Source: Eledone cirrhosa
Taxonomy: Eukaryota
Length of the DNA: 64,000 nucleotides
Direction of reading: 5' to 3'
NCBI GenBank assembly: GCA_964016885.1
Contig: OZ024746.1
Location: 19,096,001-19,160,000, forward strand
A model generated the notes under the pieces. It was not told where the DNA came from, did no database searches, and was given only the letters and a program-made list of their open reading frames with translations. This document shows, piece after piece, positions 63,869-64,000 of this stretch; the stretch's first letter is position 1; every line of letters begins with the position of its first letter. The position numbers and the translations under genes are program-made.

Positions 63869-64000
63869 ATCACTTCCACTAAATAATACTTAGCATATTT
63901 ATAGATTAGTTTCTTGAAGTTAGCTTAACATTAAATCTGATTATTTATATTTACTATATATTAACAATAACATCCTAGCTATCACCACTTTTACATACCA

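Overview
AT-rich, repeat-dense eukaryotic (animal) genomic DNA. The SINE/LINE families and microsatellite load are consistent with an octopod cephalopod (inference, not verified). No intact multi-exon gene is visible. The long ORFs in the track are minisatellite or microsatellite read-throughs or decayed RTE-clade LINE fragments. Contents: several tRNA-headed SINE families, RTE and Expander-like LINE remnants, piggyBac-type (TTAA), Tc1/mariner-type (TA) and hAT-type (8-bp TSD) MITEs, four tandem arrays (63, 23, 112 and 41/43 bp units), and a TE-poor, CpG-retaining domain (~13.3-22.5 kb) that probably holds the promoter and first exon of a minus-strand gene. The most striking signal outside the ORF track is more than a dozen type I hammerhead-ribozyme-like motifs (CUGAnGA...GAAA...UH with paired stems) from several unrelated sequence families. 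Most point towards a (TA)n tract tens to ~135 bp downstream, several sit in fold-back inverted repeats, and one follows a GIY-YIG-like remnant. This points to a diverse population of Penelope-like-element/retrozyme termini. All alignments and folds were done by eye, so coordinates of degenerate repeats are approximate.
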